Source: Perna viridis
Lineage: Eukaryota
Direction: 5' to 3'
Assembly: GCA_037379345.1 (NCBI GenBank)
Contig: CM074516.1
Span: 26,722,001-26,786,000 of the forward strand
Length of the DNA: 64,000 nt
Positions 15,301 to 30,300 of the stretch are shown piece after piece. Below the pieces are notes generated by a model. It did no database searches. It saw only the letters and a program-made list of their open reading frames with translations, and was not told the DNA's origin. The translations under genes and the position numbers were made by a program. Position 1 is the first letter of the stretch. Every line of letters begins with the position of its first letter.

Positions 15301-18300
15301 TTTTGCTACAAAATATCAATATCTTCTCAAGTTCTTTTCATACTTGTCTGTTTAGTAACAGTTGGGTTCCTGGTGTAGAGTTGTGTATTATAAAATGTTG
15401 TGCCCTGTTTCTTTGTAGCTGTTTAGTGTCTCATTCTAATGTTTGCAGTGAATTTTTAAAATAAGTCATCAAATTCCTCAGAGTAGAAAACATAAGAAGC
15501 ATGATTTGTTACAATTTTTATAGCGCATACAATAATGATGTTCAGAGGATAGAGTTGGTCTTCCGTTGATTTAAAGACAACTACTTGATGTACAACTGGA
15601 CAATTGTAAATGATATTTAAGCTTTCTATCATACACAGATTAAAATACCTATGGAATGATAGAGAGTTTACATCTTCTAAATTCTCTAGCTTACCGCTTA
15701 GGCAGTTCATCAGGTGATTGTTATTCAATCAAGAAAAGACAAACTCTATCCCCTGAACATCATCATTTATTGTGCTGTAATTAGTGGTACTACTGTAGCT
15801 GATTTTAAGCATGCTTTAATTTTTATCTAGATATTGAAAAAAATTTGTGTCTCCATAATACTGAAAACTTTAATGTTTTGTTTCTTAGTGTATAAACTTA
15901 GGACTTGTTTTTGGTTTGACAATAGTAAACCAAAGCAGTCTCCTGTAAACAGGAAATTTATGTACTGCTTTTTTTCTCTTGCGGTTTTCACAAACAGTTT
16001 GTTTACTCCCAGTCTTTAAAAAATGACTGTTATTCTTCATTTTGTGGTGTTATGTATGCTGTAGAAATTAACTGGTGAACAGTTTGTCTGATAATTACTC
16101 AGTATATTTTCTGAAGAATATTTTATGCATTTCATAAATCATTCTGACTATTTATTTAATAAGTTTTGAAAAATAATCCTGATTGACGATTTGTAGTTTT
16201 GAAATCATTCAAGAATTTGTTTACTCTGATATTTTCAGGAAATAAGAAATCGTCACTGGTCAAGAGTGATGTTTGTCACACACAGTCAGTTCCCATTAGA
16301 AGCCAATGTGTTCAAATTACATCATTTGATAGATATAGGACTAATCAAGTGAGTAAAATTTATCAAGATTATATGTAATTACCTTTTTAATTAAACCTGA
16401 AACATTTTTTAATAAATCATGTGATTTGAAGTCCCAGGTTCTATGCTATTTTAACCAGCTTGTCTATACCAAAGAAAAGTGTATGATCTAGAAGTGGTTA
16501 AGGATGAAATAGACTGTATCGCTGAGGTTTTTTTTTAAAAAACCATGCTTACGTATAGATATTTATCAAAACCTGAAATGAAGTCCACATCATACTGAAA
16601 AAAATCATAATGAAAAAATAAATGTAATGAGATAATGTGAATACCTATAGGGCTATATGACTTGTTTTGTCTGGTTTATATCTGCATTAGTTTTTTTGGG
16701 TAGTTTGTTGCTCTAATTATTTAGCTAAATGCCAGTACCAAGTCAGGACCATTGTGTTGCTTTTCCAACTTTCTGGTTTCTGCCCTGATATTGCCATTTG
16801 TTATATAGACTTAACTTTTAGGCTATTCCTTTTTAACTGCTGCCTAGATTTTATCACTTCTGTAATTTTGTTATTACCCTTTATTTCTTTATACAGGCAT
16901 AAATCAGAAATAGAGGAGATCTGCCATGGAGCAGCCAGAGAACTAGAATTAGAGATCAAAATGAAGGTCACTGAGGAAGAATGGACCGAACAGGTTCTGG
17001 CTTTTGAACATTACAAGAAACGAGGTCCAATGTACCTTGACAAGGCCTTTACTGAAAGGTTGTTGGAACAACTTGAGGACTCACAAGCCCTCTTGGCTAA
17101 CATGTTAACCTCTAAATATATTGCTCCTCTGAGGACAGAGACCGCCTCTCTAGCTGTCAAGTTAAAGGAGGTTGCTGAGGTTTTAGAACTGTGGTTAGAG
17201 GTTCAGGACTTGTGGCAATATTTAGAGGCAGTCTTCTCCAATGCTCAAGCTGCTAGAGTAAGTTTTAACTTGATGCATGTTTTATGTCCCTGCCTTTAGT
17301 ATGTTTAGAGATCTGGCAAGGCATTGAATTTTTAAGCAGTGCTACATATTTTTATAAAAAATCTGTTTTTCATAAGGATGATGTGGCACTTTTTTCTTAC
17401 AGTAAAACAATTCGAGTTAAGAATCATAAGCTGATTGTTTTAAAAAAAAGTTAAAATTTAATTCTGAATATACATGATATATGCCAGACAATGCAAAATT
17501 AAGGCAGTTTTAGTTCATATCTGTTAAATGTGCAAATTTTGAGGGTCATGGAAATTTCTAAAGAATTATTTTTTTCTTAGAACTGTGCTTTAAGAAGTAT
17601 TTATTTTTGTAGGAACTACCACAAGAAGCCAAGAGATTTGCTAGAGTTGACAAGACTTGGATGAAACTCATGAAGAAAGCATTTGATACTAGAAATGTAC
17701 TACAGGTAGATAATTATTTTTTTTAACCATGTTTTGTATTTTTAGTGTAATTGAAAAAAGTATGTTTATGTAAGACATGTTTTTTATCTCCTTATGAATC
17801 CTCCCACCAATTTCTTATTTATTTCCGTTTATTCTTGCATTAATGAATTTTTATTATCTATATCTCCATGACTATCTAACAAATATTGTTTTTCAGTGTT
17901 GCCATGGTGGAGGTGAAGGGTCAAAGGTCTTACACTACAAGATAATTTATGATGAACTGGAGATATGTTTCAAGTCACTGATGGTATATTTAGACAACAA
18001 GAGGAGAGCATTCCCTAGGTTCTACTTTGTGTCTGATCCTATACTTCTATCTATACTTAGTAGACCTGCTGATATGGAGTCTGTAAGACCACATCTTAGG
18101 TATGTACATTAAAATCATTCAATGGTAATAACTATCTTAGGTTTTATAGAGTGTCAGGGGTCGGTTTCACACAAAAAAAAAAATAAATAAAATAAATCGA
18201 GATTTTCCTCAACTCAGATATCAACCAATGAAATCACTTGAAATGGAAGATTTGAGAACAAATTTCAAATATTTGAAGAAAATTTCATTTTGAGATTTTT

Positions 18301-21300
18301 TTATGAATTGGACCCAGATCTTATACTTTCCATTGGTTCTCTTCCTACTTTGTCTGTTCAAAGTATACTTAATGATTTAAAGATTGTAAGACCTTACCTG
18401 AGATTTGTCAGATATTACATCAATCAAAATCATTGAAAATGAAGTACATTTAATTTATATAAGTAAACTGTAACACACTAAGGTAAGCTGCTTTATGTTG
18501 AGTCATTTTTTTACATTGTCTAAGTCTAATTAAGTTGAGTTTCTTTTTTTTTTAATATTTTTGCCTAAATTTGTAGATTTTTGTGATTATCTTTTCAGCA
18601 ACTGGGAACAACCAATTATTGAAAATTAATGATGTGACCTGACTATGAAAGCAATATTTTGTATCCCTCATTACTTGGACTTTAACAGTACATACATATT
18701 TCTCCTATTTCAGATCATTGTACAGTGCAATAACTGATGTCAGGTTGGAGGAATCCAACCCTCCTGAAGATGAATTTCCCACTGATGAGATTGGCTTTGG
18801 TAAATCATCTGATGGACACAGAACAGGGACTGGTTCTCGTGGTAAATCTATGCTGTCTCCTAGTCTCCGCAGCACCACACCACCAAAGATTGACAAGAGG
18901 CTGACAGAACATTATGTAAGTTTAGAAATAAATTAATGTGTAGTTACATGTGTTAGCAGTAACTTATTGGGTGTGATGTATAATCTTCTAGATTGTTAGG
19001 GATTATAATCAGTTCTTAGGGTTTGTTTCATTTTAGAAGTTAATATCATTGCAAGGTCAAATTGGCTGATATTTTTTAAGCTTATCTTTTTCTATTCTAA
19101 ATTTTAATATTTCCTTACCAGTTTTTATTGAAAGAAGAACCTGCTATATTTGAAAAAAAAAAAAAAAACCTCAGAACTTATCTCCCTTGTAATGACAATT
19201 GAAAGTAATTGATTTTTCCCCAGTTTTATGGAAAAAAAATCTGAAAAAGTACTATTAAAGTAAGTTTGATCTGCCTTAAATCTTTTTTTACATTTCAAAA
19301 ACTTGGGTGCAATAAAATGAAATTGATAATATTTAAGAATTGATTTAGTACCAGGTGAAGAATTTTTAAAGTTTTTTGTTTCTTATTAACTTTAGATGGT
19401 CTAAACTAAAAATTTGATGTTGTAATAGATAATAACTTTACGGTATGAACTTTATGATTAGAATAAGCATGGTGATGATTCTGGTCATGTGACCAGTGCG
19501 GAGACCAAGAAGGTATATGTTTGTTGTATTCTCGTTCATTTGGTTCACTTATTGATATGTGGTCATGATATATGATTGTTGTTACTTCAATCAAAATGGT
19601 ATATATATTTATCACTTTGAAAAATATCAATTGAAGCACTGACACACTGTCAGCTTTCACCCTTCAAATGGTAATATTTGTGTGTAGTTACTAGAGTACT
19701 TACTTTGAAAGACTTATTTTTTTGTGGGATACCAACTTTTCTGGTTGTTGTTTGGTCAAAGCATATATATTCCAATGCCCAATGAAATGTAACTAAGATG
19801 CTGAGATAAGTCAAAAGTTTTAAAGTTCCATCAATTTACCAAAATTTTAGACAAATCTTAAAAAAGTGATATCCATGCAAATGAGAACTTTACAATTTAG
19901 AAAAAGGAGTAAATTACACAAAAAAAAATCTATATTTTCTTTATAATGAAGCCTGTTTTAACACACATATTTTGTTTAAATCATTGGTTGCAAGATATCA
20001 AAAAAATTGGCAGAAACATTGTAAAATGAGAATGACAAATCTATTTGTAAATGGAGTTTAGTCTGGTTTCTTTTTAATTCTTTTGTTCCTTGTTTATATT
20101 CCATTCAGTGCATTAAGTTACATATTTTACAGGGATACTATTTTTGCTTTTTCTGACACTTAAAATATCCACATAGGTACAAAATCAAAGCATTTACAAT
20201 TTTTGTTTTTTATTTTGATTTCAGGGATATAGGGTATATACATTTTGTGTTTGGAAGCAGTGCACTTTAGTTTGTTTTGAAATTTGCTGCATCAAGTCAC
20301 TAAAAAAGAGAAAAAACCTAAATCTTATAAACAACTATTTTATGTAACTTTTATAATGTTATTAAAATGAAAAATTCTCTAATATTGAATTTGGTGTGTT
20401 ATTTCCCTGCAAGTAACCCATATAAACTGAGAGCTTTAAATGTTTTTTCCCTATCAACTAAATTTATACAGACTATGCATTTTTCCATTTTCAATTCTAA
20501 AAGTTTTTAGGAAAAGTGCATAGACATACCTTTCAAATGTGAAGTGATGTTTTCTACTTAATGATATCTTTGTCTTTGAAGATTTTGATAAAGAAATGAA
20601 ACGAATACATTTTGATTTTTTTCTAGTTTGTTTTATTATTGCTTTTATCACATTATTTTTGCTGTAGATGTTTAATTAATCATGTTTTTTCAGCATCACA
20701 GTGTAGCAGTATTTTCATTCTTACATTTCCATTAACATTAAACTATATTTTTTCTGTTTTACCTTGCAGTTCTTTGAAAATATTGAAACAGTAAATAATT
20801 TAAGAGGAGAAGGCATTATTAAGAATAGTTTTAATGGGCTTCATAGGGTATAGGAAAGATTCAGTGCATGTTTTAGCTAGAGAAATTTTAGTGAATGGGG
20901 GTATGCATGAAAGAGTTTGCTTGTAGTGGTCCTTAGTTCCCAAGTTGATTAAATAGCAAATTATTTTCCTCAGAACAAATCTTAGAAGAAAGGGCTACAA
21001 AATCAGAAATTGTTCAGTTAAGCTTTTGCTTTTAATATGTTTGCAACTTATTGATAAGTGTTATAAATCTTTCAATTTATAAGTCAAGCAAAAAGAAAGA
21101 TCGGGCAGTGTCAAAGGTCAAAGTTGGAAGTGAATCAACCACAAGGACTAAGAGCACAAAAAGTTGTGTTAAAAATATAATGGTATTACTCACACAATTC
21201 AATGTTTCTGTTGGTTTTTGATTAGTTGTTTTTCCATGCTTTTTTTGTTGGTTGAAAATTGATTTAAACATATTCATGTACATGTAATTTTGACTATTGC

Positions 21301-24300
21301 ATGTACTTACTGCTATTTGTTCTTGGTGATTTTTAAGTTCTTCTCTATTTGTTTTTGGTTAGTTAGATCATAAGAAAATCAGATGGGGACATGTTATCAG
21401 TTTTGTGTGTATGTTATGTTGTAGTTAAGCTTTTTGGAGCTATAAGCAAGGAGGGGAAATCTCAATTTTTTATGAAGTTAATTCAAATTATTCAAGAATT
21501 AATTATTTTGATATCCCTGCATGACAAGTTTTGGGTGTATATTTAGTTCTCATGCCTATATTTCGTTGTCTGTCTGACCTTTTGTTCATCAATTTATTGA
21601 TGACCCCCACCAAATCTCACTAATTTTCCACACAGCGCTATTGACCATGAAATACTGAACAAGTTCGATTTTGGTGTTTATTGCTTTACCATTCAGGAGT
21701 TATGGGCTTTTCTACTTGAAAATGTTTAATGCAAGAGTTCTATGACTACCCAATGTACTCTATAACTTGCAAAGCTTAAGTAGGTAGACCTAGGGTAAGG
21801 GACATAACTCTTGAAATCAGTGATTTGTTTGTATCATATTCAATTTCACTAAAGCCTGTCAAGCTTCCATTTGAAACAGAATGAAATCAGTCATAGTTAC
21901 TTTGATGTTTACATGAGATTGATGTAAAATGGTGAATACAAATGTTCCAATGATTTGTAAGAGTTATGTCTCTTATCTTATGTCTACCTCCTTAAGCAGT
22001 TAAGATATTGCAGTTGAACGTAACAAAACTTGTTGTAATGCTTAATAAATGAGTCGTACATAAATTAATAATAGATAAAAAAAATAGTAGAAAAACCGTA
22101 AGTTTCTAACATGGTGAAAGTGTGATTTCATAATTGACATTCATCATAAAGACTTGTACAATTTAACAAAGAGTAGAAAAACTTATACATGTATTCATTT
22201 ATGACTTAACCCTTTGCTTTGATTGTTCATTTACACAGGGTAAAACAGTATTTTATACAAATTTTGCAAACTGTCATCCTTATAGATAGTAATCTTTTTG
22301 TACTTAATTAAATAAGACATGCAGAATTTTTGTAGTGTCATTTAACATAACTGATAATTTTAGAAATAAGTGGAAAATTTTGAACATTTGACTGGTGATG
22401 TTTTGCAGAGCATGAACCCTAGTGTATTACAGCATGGTCCTTCATACCTGCCTTCAGAAGGAATTGTTGAGGATGTTATATTGTATGAAGCTACAGCAAT
22501 CTCTAGCTCTGATGGGGAAACTATTGCCCTTAAAGATAAGGTTTGTAACATAATCATAACAGGTAAACAATTTGTATTTATAAGCATAATGTAATAAACT
22601 TCTTCTGACTATAAACTGTTGTTTACAAACTGTGCTATGTAATTAACTTCTTTCGTTTGGTAATACAACGTAATCATATTGGTTTCAAGTTTCTGCTATT
22701 TTTAAACCATTTTTGAAATATCAGGCATTTATACTGTAATTCATTAGATAGGAAATTATTTCCAGCATTTGGTTTTAGTTTCATTAAAGTACTCTACTTT
22801 GTACCTTGATATACCTGTAAATTTTCCGTTTTGTGTTCCTGTCTTTTAAGGGACTTATTTTGGCATATCAGTGTCTGTCCATCCATCTGTGTAAATATTT
22901 TACAATAACTCATTAACATAATTAGCAACTTCAATAACTTTATAGTGGAATGTGAGTCTTCATAAACAATAGCTCTTTTCAATTTTTTTTTCATTTTTCT
23001 CCCTATTTGTTGTTTCTTATTTATTTAATGGACTTTGAACACTCAAAAATGGGATTGGCTTATCATGTGTTTTGGCACTACTAATTATATACGGGCTACT
23101 TGTCCTGTAAAAAGGTTAACTCATTAAGTTTGTGTTCTCCATATTTTAGGTGATATTATCAGATGGAGTAGAAGTTTGGTTACAGTCTCTGAGTGAATCA
23201 GCAGCGAAGACAATAAGAGAAATGAACATCCAGATCATACAAGACTGTAATACAGGTGTTGTCATGGATGAATGGCCTTCAAAGGTAAATCTCAGTCATC
23301 ACAATGAGTGAGTACTAATGAAAAATACAGGATATTTTGCTCAAATATCGGCAAAAAATACTGAAACATCAAAACAGGACAATTCAGAGATATCAGAATC
23401 TAAAGACACGGTCAAAACATGAGACAATGCACATACACAATGTAGACTACAGAATAAAAATTAATTACATTTAATTACATTTACTTAAGAAATGAAAAAG
23501 AAGACAGCACATAACTCCCACAAAGAAAGATATCATGAATAATACATTACTTCTTATATGTTGCAGTGTAGATTTTCACTTCTCTCAATATAACATTTAC
23601 ATTTACATTTGTCAGAAATAATTGTCACAACTGTAGTAGATCATATAAATCATACAATATTGTTTCTTATTTGTTAAAAAGGCATTGAAAAGTTTACTTA
23701 CCTAATGAAATAAATTTCTTTTGTATTCTAAGAAAAAGAACGAAATAATGATGATCAATGTGATTACTAATTTACAGTATCCAGCTCAAGTGTGTAAGAT
23801 GGGTATGTTGTATTTCTGGACCAAAGAGTGTGAAAATGGTATCTTAGAAATCAAGTATGACAGAAAGGCATTGTACGGGGCATTGAAGAGGTACTCAATA
23901 CATACCTCTAAACTAACCTCAGTTCTGTCAAGAGGTGCTTGGAGGACGATAGAGGAACCAATGTTACCTGTTCATAAGTCCAGACTTGAGTGTATGATTG
24001 CTGTAAGTTTGTTTGACTAATTTTGACTACATATAGTTTAAATATTGATTGTCATTCACATAATAGCAAGTTATTGTGAAATGTTATGATATAATACTAA
24101 TGTAAGACTTAGATATTGGTCTTCATGATATTGAAAATAAAAAAAAGATTGCATGAACTGAACATACTAAACAACGAAACAACAAATTAGGAATGCATAT
24201 GTAGTAATTTTTGCATTTCTGGATTTGTCTTCTCTTGAATTCTCATAACATATAACTTTCAAGGCTTATTAATGAATATTGCCAATTGCAGCAATTTAAA

Positions 24301-27300
24301 GAAGATCAAAATGATGAATTATACCCCACTCTAATGAGTGGGTGCTATATTGGCATTACCATGTCCATCCCAACTAAATTGCTATTTCGACTCCAAATGG
24401 ATGGATTGATTTTTAATTTGGTGTATGGTTTAATATAGAGGGGCATATGTGGTAAGCCATTTTGGTTGCTCTCCGATATCAACTTCCTGTAAGGATTGGG
24501 GTATGGCTATGAAATATCCTGTATAAGACTATTGAACTTAATTTTCTCAAACATCCATTAACAGCAATCCCTTTACCTAAGAGATGTGTTAGACAACATG
24601 TGCAGTAGGAAGTTACGAGAGGCAACTGACTTTGAATGGAGGAGGAGTGTCAGGTGTTACTTCCATCCTGTTGGTATGTACATGTCATTTTCTAGATCAT
24701 GCTACAACCAAACTCACAATTTCATTGCTTTTTTTTCAAGTTTGGATCCAAAATTTGACAGAAATGTCACCCCAAAAAAAAACGGTTCAGAATGCTTCGA
24801 TCAAATCATTCACATGGATGAGCTTTGATTGGTTACTTGATAGATCATAAGGTCTGCTAGGTTGGAAATTCATACCCATAAACATTTCTTTAGTTTTGCT
24901 TAAAATGAAAAAAAAATAATTATAAATTTGTGTACTTTGTGTATTTAATGACAACATCTTGGATTTAATCAATCACATAGCAATTTTTATCCCGGGGCTT
25001 TGATAAAATAAAGGGTATTTGAAAATGTCTTCTTATCAAATTTGAATCAATAATTAGATCAATATCAATAGAAGAAATAAGGATAAATTCCAGTATTTAA
25101 GAAGTGATAATTTTTTTTATAAAACATAGTCCTATATCTGAAATTAGAAAAAAAAGAAAAATGACCTGTTTCCAGTAACTTTAATTTCTAGATTTAGCTT
25201 ATTCTCACTGCTGTTAGAAGCATAAAAAAACATTTAGTAGGTCAAGGCTTATAAGAGTAATCAGTGAGGATGTTTTTACTAAATTCACTCGCACCATAGC
25301 CTTAAATTCACAATAGCTTTAATGAATACTGTTCATTGACTAAATGTAGCTGCAGAGGTTGAGGAAAGGTCAACTGCTGAGGAAACAGCCAGCCAGGCTA
25401 GTTTGACAGATTTACGAATACGTAAGGAGGCACCTACGGGTGGATGGATATACATTACTCTCTTGCTTATTTTATTTGAACAAATGTTTAGTTCTTCTCT
25501 TCATAATAGGAATGTTGCCACAGTAGTAGTTAGCAAACATTGAACAATAAATCAGCTTATTTTGCTTGTATTTAGGTACACTTAGCACTGCAGCCTTCTG
25601 TTATGTTGCCATCCATCAATCCTGGATTCACCAATTGTTGTCTCTGCTTTTTGCATCCACATTGTCAGCATTAGTAGCATTGTACTTCTTATTTATTTAT
25701 TTGACTTCTTTTGGTGTATTTAAAAACAAACTTATTTATTTATTGTTACAATCTTGTAACTTGAGGTTCTACTAATTTCTTGTTTACACCACTTACTGAA
25801 TTAAAAAAAAGGAAAGTCTTCAGACTATGATTAATTTATTATTAAAAAAATTGATATGCTTATCTGTTTAAGGATAGACCTAGGGTAAGGGACATAACTC
25901 TTGAAATCAGTGATGTGTTTGTATCATATTCAATTTCACCAAAGCCTATCAAGCTTTCATTTGAAACAGATTGAAATCAGTCCAAGTTATTTTGATGTTT
26001 ACATGAAATTGATGCTAAATGCTAAATTTACTTTCCAATGATTTGTAAGAGTTGTGTCCCTTACCTTAGGTCTACCTCCTTAAGCCATGAATCTTTAAGT
26101 TGAACTATTAAAGTGGAAATTTGCACTCTGTCTTAATCCATTTTACATTTTCATGTTTCTTAATCCATTTTACATATTTATGTTTCTTAAGCCATTTTAC
26201 GTATTCATGTTTGATATTGGTAATTGGCATACCCAGTGTATCTTCATTAAACACTGTCATTGAGTTTGATTCAGATTCAAGACAAGTGTGGGTTTCATAA
26301 AGAACCTCAAATTGACATTTTTCTCAAATCTTTCTTAACTCATATTTTGATCAATCAGGTCACTTAAAATTGAAGATTTGAGGCAAAACTCAGGATTTGA
26401 GGAAAATTTCAACTTAATATCTTTGTATGTGATATAGGCAAAAGATCAATTTTTAAAATTTGCAAAATTTAATGTGGTATCATCAAAGTTTGGTCTATTC
26501 ATCATTTTATCATAATTCATATTTGTCGTCTGCTTCAACAAAATGAAAAGACTTGATATTGGCCATTCTCTGTCTTTCTGTCTGCCTGTCTATCACTGGT
26601 ACTTTGCAGACTGAACTTCTGTTAGATTGCCTTAAAGATTATGTGAAAATTTTGTATGGTGGAAAATTTTAATTTAGGGGTAGCACCAACATTATACAGA
26701 CACATGCACATCATAGAGTTTCATTACAAGAATTACTGAATTATAGTTCTTATGTCATTTTGTCACAAAATTCCTTATTCTATGAAAGCTAGCTTTCTAA
26801 GATGTTGACACATCTTTGAGCATAAATATATTAGGGTATTTTTTTTTTGGCTAAAACAAATATATTTTACAGTTTAAATTAATTGACTACTGGATATCAT
26901 TTCATTGATAGGCTCCTGTGGTTCGATTATCTTATTCATTTACATGTTGATGTATTGACTTGCAACTCATTTTTAAAATCCAAAATCATTCCACATACAA
27001 TTAATTAATCTTTATTTTACTGATAAAAACAATTTTTATTTGAGACTTGCAAATATAGCGTGGAGAACCATCTTTTAAACCTTATATTTTAGCCTTTTAG
27101 AACTTTAAATTTGCTTACTATTTTATTTTCTAGAACAAGACTTTAAGTAAATGCTTTAAATCATTACTTTTTGTTTATTTTAGTATTTTAAACAGGAATA
27201 AGTTTCCTGATTTTCATAACACTAGCCATATATTCAAATTGACAACTCCTATTGAGAAATTTCTATCCTGCAGTAGGTTTTCAATAGCCATTTATTTCTA

Positions 27301-30300
27301 TGTAGTCATGTTTTAAATTATTGTGAGTTTATTCAGTCTATTAAAATTTATTTACTGTATAATAGAATTGAATTTCACAATCTGTATGAACTATTTGGAA
27401 ATGAAAACTTCTGAGACATCATTTTATGTACTCTAATTAAACTTAATTTTTTTAGTAGACTATAATTGAGGCGTTACATCTCTAAACCAGTATTGATGAA
27501 ATTTATGTTTTGTAATTGCCTGAAATGAGTGCATTGATTTTTACAGAGGAAGAACATGAGCCATTGATCTGGATTCTAGACACATGTTACCATTACTGTA
27601 ATGAGTTCTACGGGGCTGAGCCTGGTGTTGCTTTGACTCCTGTCACAGAGAGATGTTTCCTTACGATGTCTCAGGCTCTCAATAATGTTCAGGGCAGCCA
27701 TCTTGTTGGACCAGGTGGTGTAGGAAAAACAGAAACTGTCAAGGTAATTCATGTGATTTACTCAGTATTAATGAGGTATTAATAGTGAGCTGTAGAAACA
27801 GGATCAGATATGGTGAAATCCAACAATTGCACATGTGTATTACCTGAATACAAAAAAAATTAGATACTATCAGAGATCACCGAGGTTCTTCAGCAATTGT
27901 AAACGCACCTTTACACAAGTTCTGGAAGACCCTGACAACAAAAGTTATAAGAATGATGATACTTCTTAAAAAAAACAACTAAAAAATACAATAATGACAC
28001 CTAGACATATTAATGACTGACATCTCCTGACTGCTGACAGGCACATGTCTATGGTGGGGTTATACTAATGTGATATATAAGCACATTGTTGGTGGGTTTG
28101 AATACCTTACAGCAGGAGTAATTTTCTTTTTGTTTTTTTTGTTTTTTTTTGGGGGGGGATTTTGATTTTCAAAATCCAGATTTCCTGCTTGGATACTCTA
28201 TTATTCTGTATACTTATTTCCAATTTTGTCAATTTCTGTTTGAGTTTCTTGATGGCTGTATTGTACAAAGTATTCTAAGTATCAATCAAGTATTTACATA
28301 AACCAAAACCTTTACATTGTCTTGCAAACAGAGTTTAATGGTAACAGATAATTTGAACAGAGTTTGGGGGTATCAGAACATAGAACCATGCAGAATAACA
28401 ATACAAAATTATATTCTATTATCCAAAGTTACTATGTATAAAAACTGCTGTTTTCCATACTATATATTGTCTCCTTAATTAGTTGAGTTATATTGACATA
28501 ATGTTGATGAATTGTTTGAATTTCATTTTGTTTTCTTTTATTTTCAGGGACTAGCTAATTTGTTAGGAAAATTTTTGATGTTGGCTCAGTGCTCACCAGA
28601 GAGCAATACAAGTGGAATGGGCAAGATTGTCCAAGGGACTGCAATGGTAGGAATTCATTTCAAATAGGGCTAACTGCTTAAATATTAGTTCAAAATACAA
28701 AATAGCTAATAAGAAATTAGTTTTCTACTGTTCTACAAATTTCAATACTTGCAATAAACATACTTTTTTATTGAATATAGAACAACAAGAGTAAAACAGG
28801 TGTATATTGTAATGAACTAAATTGATTTAGAAAAAAATATGCTGTGTCCTTAAACATTTTATATCATTGACAATTGCAATGATTTAGAACTATAACTATT
28901 GTTCATTTTTACAAATATTGAATTTTCAGGAAGGATGTTGGGCATGTTTTGATGAAGCACAGACCCTCAACAACCTGTCCATGTCTGTAGTATTAGACTT
29001 TGTCACCTCAGTTTTAACAGCTCTTAAAGCCAGACATAGCTATGCTTCTCTCAGCAATGGTCAAGAGGTTAGTTAAAGTTCTCTAGTGAAAACATTCTTG
29101 GCTTGCACAAGTTATAAGAGGGAATAACAAAACTGTATCTGATATATTAGACTGTTTTTGTGTGTTAAATAAAAAAGATAGGGGATCTCTAGGTATCAAG
29201 GTACAATGTGAAGAAAAACTGTAACAATATTGAAAAAAAAATGAAAGAAAAATTCGATTGAATAAACATCTTGATATAAAAAAATACATTAAGTTTGAAG
29301 TATAAGAAAAAAGAAGTCCTTAAAGAATACTGAATTGTTTATATTCCTTATTTGCATCCTATTTCAGATCACTTTGAAGAAAGGCCTAGCCCTTCACATG
29401 ACCTCTAACCCAGCTGCACAACCTCCATCATGTAGAATGCCAAATTATGTGGCTGCTATATTTAGAACTGTTTCTCTGATTAAACCAGATCATTGTCTTG
29501 TGTTGAAGGCCAAATGTGCCTCACATGGATTTAAAGTACCAAATATTCTTGGAGTCCGGCTGAAGACATTGTCAGATCTTACCATTAACCAGCTGTAAGT
29601 ATTATTTTAGATAGCCCCAGGATTTTTTCCAGGATTTTGAAAGCTTCAGTCACTTTCGTGTGAGAAAATGAGGACCATTTTTATGTTGCTTTTTGTTTTT
29701 AAGTTCGGTAGTATTTGCATCTGACATAAGATATTTTAGAATCATCTGTTATTTACAGCACTGTGTAAAGACATGAAATAAATCATAAATGTGCATGTAC
29801 ATTGCATATGAATAAAGCACAAATTGTTTTCATTGTTATGCAAGCATGTTTTCCAGAGAATCCAAATAGGATGCCTGAGATTTAATTTAAAAAGGAAACT
29901 CCCCAACTTTTAAGAATCATCAAAAATAGAAATCCCTTTACACTTTTATACATTAATTAAGGGCATACGTCTCAGCATAATTATAAATATATTTCAAATA
30001 ATAAAAAAAAAGGTATTTTCTGCATTGCCACCCTTTGTAGAAACACAAAAATACATCAAGCACAATGTAAATATGGAAGTGCCTTAACTTGCACCAGTGC
30101 TACATTGGACAGATATAAATATATTCAAATAGGTTTTTCCCTATTGTTGCCTCATGAGATTCTATTTTTAGCACAATTTTCAACTGTGCTTTTGGGATCC
30201 AGACTGAGTTGATGATAAATTTATGTCATTATTTTTCAGTCATATAAATTTAGTATTGGTCCCTCAGGAATTAATTGATGGCATAAATGATATTTTCGAG

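Noticed and set aside
22364-22408. Acceptor at 22364 for the linker exon
   Set aside because: It gives an immediate in-frame TAA; 22409 fits phase 0 (22371 would need a phase-1 upstream exon).
21510-24500. Further HINE-like remnants near 21510-21720 and 24320-24500
   Set aside because: Too degenerate to delimit or classify by eye.
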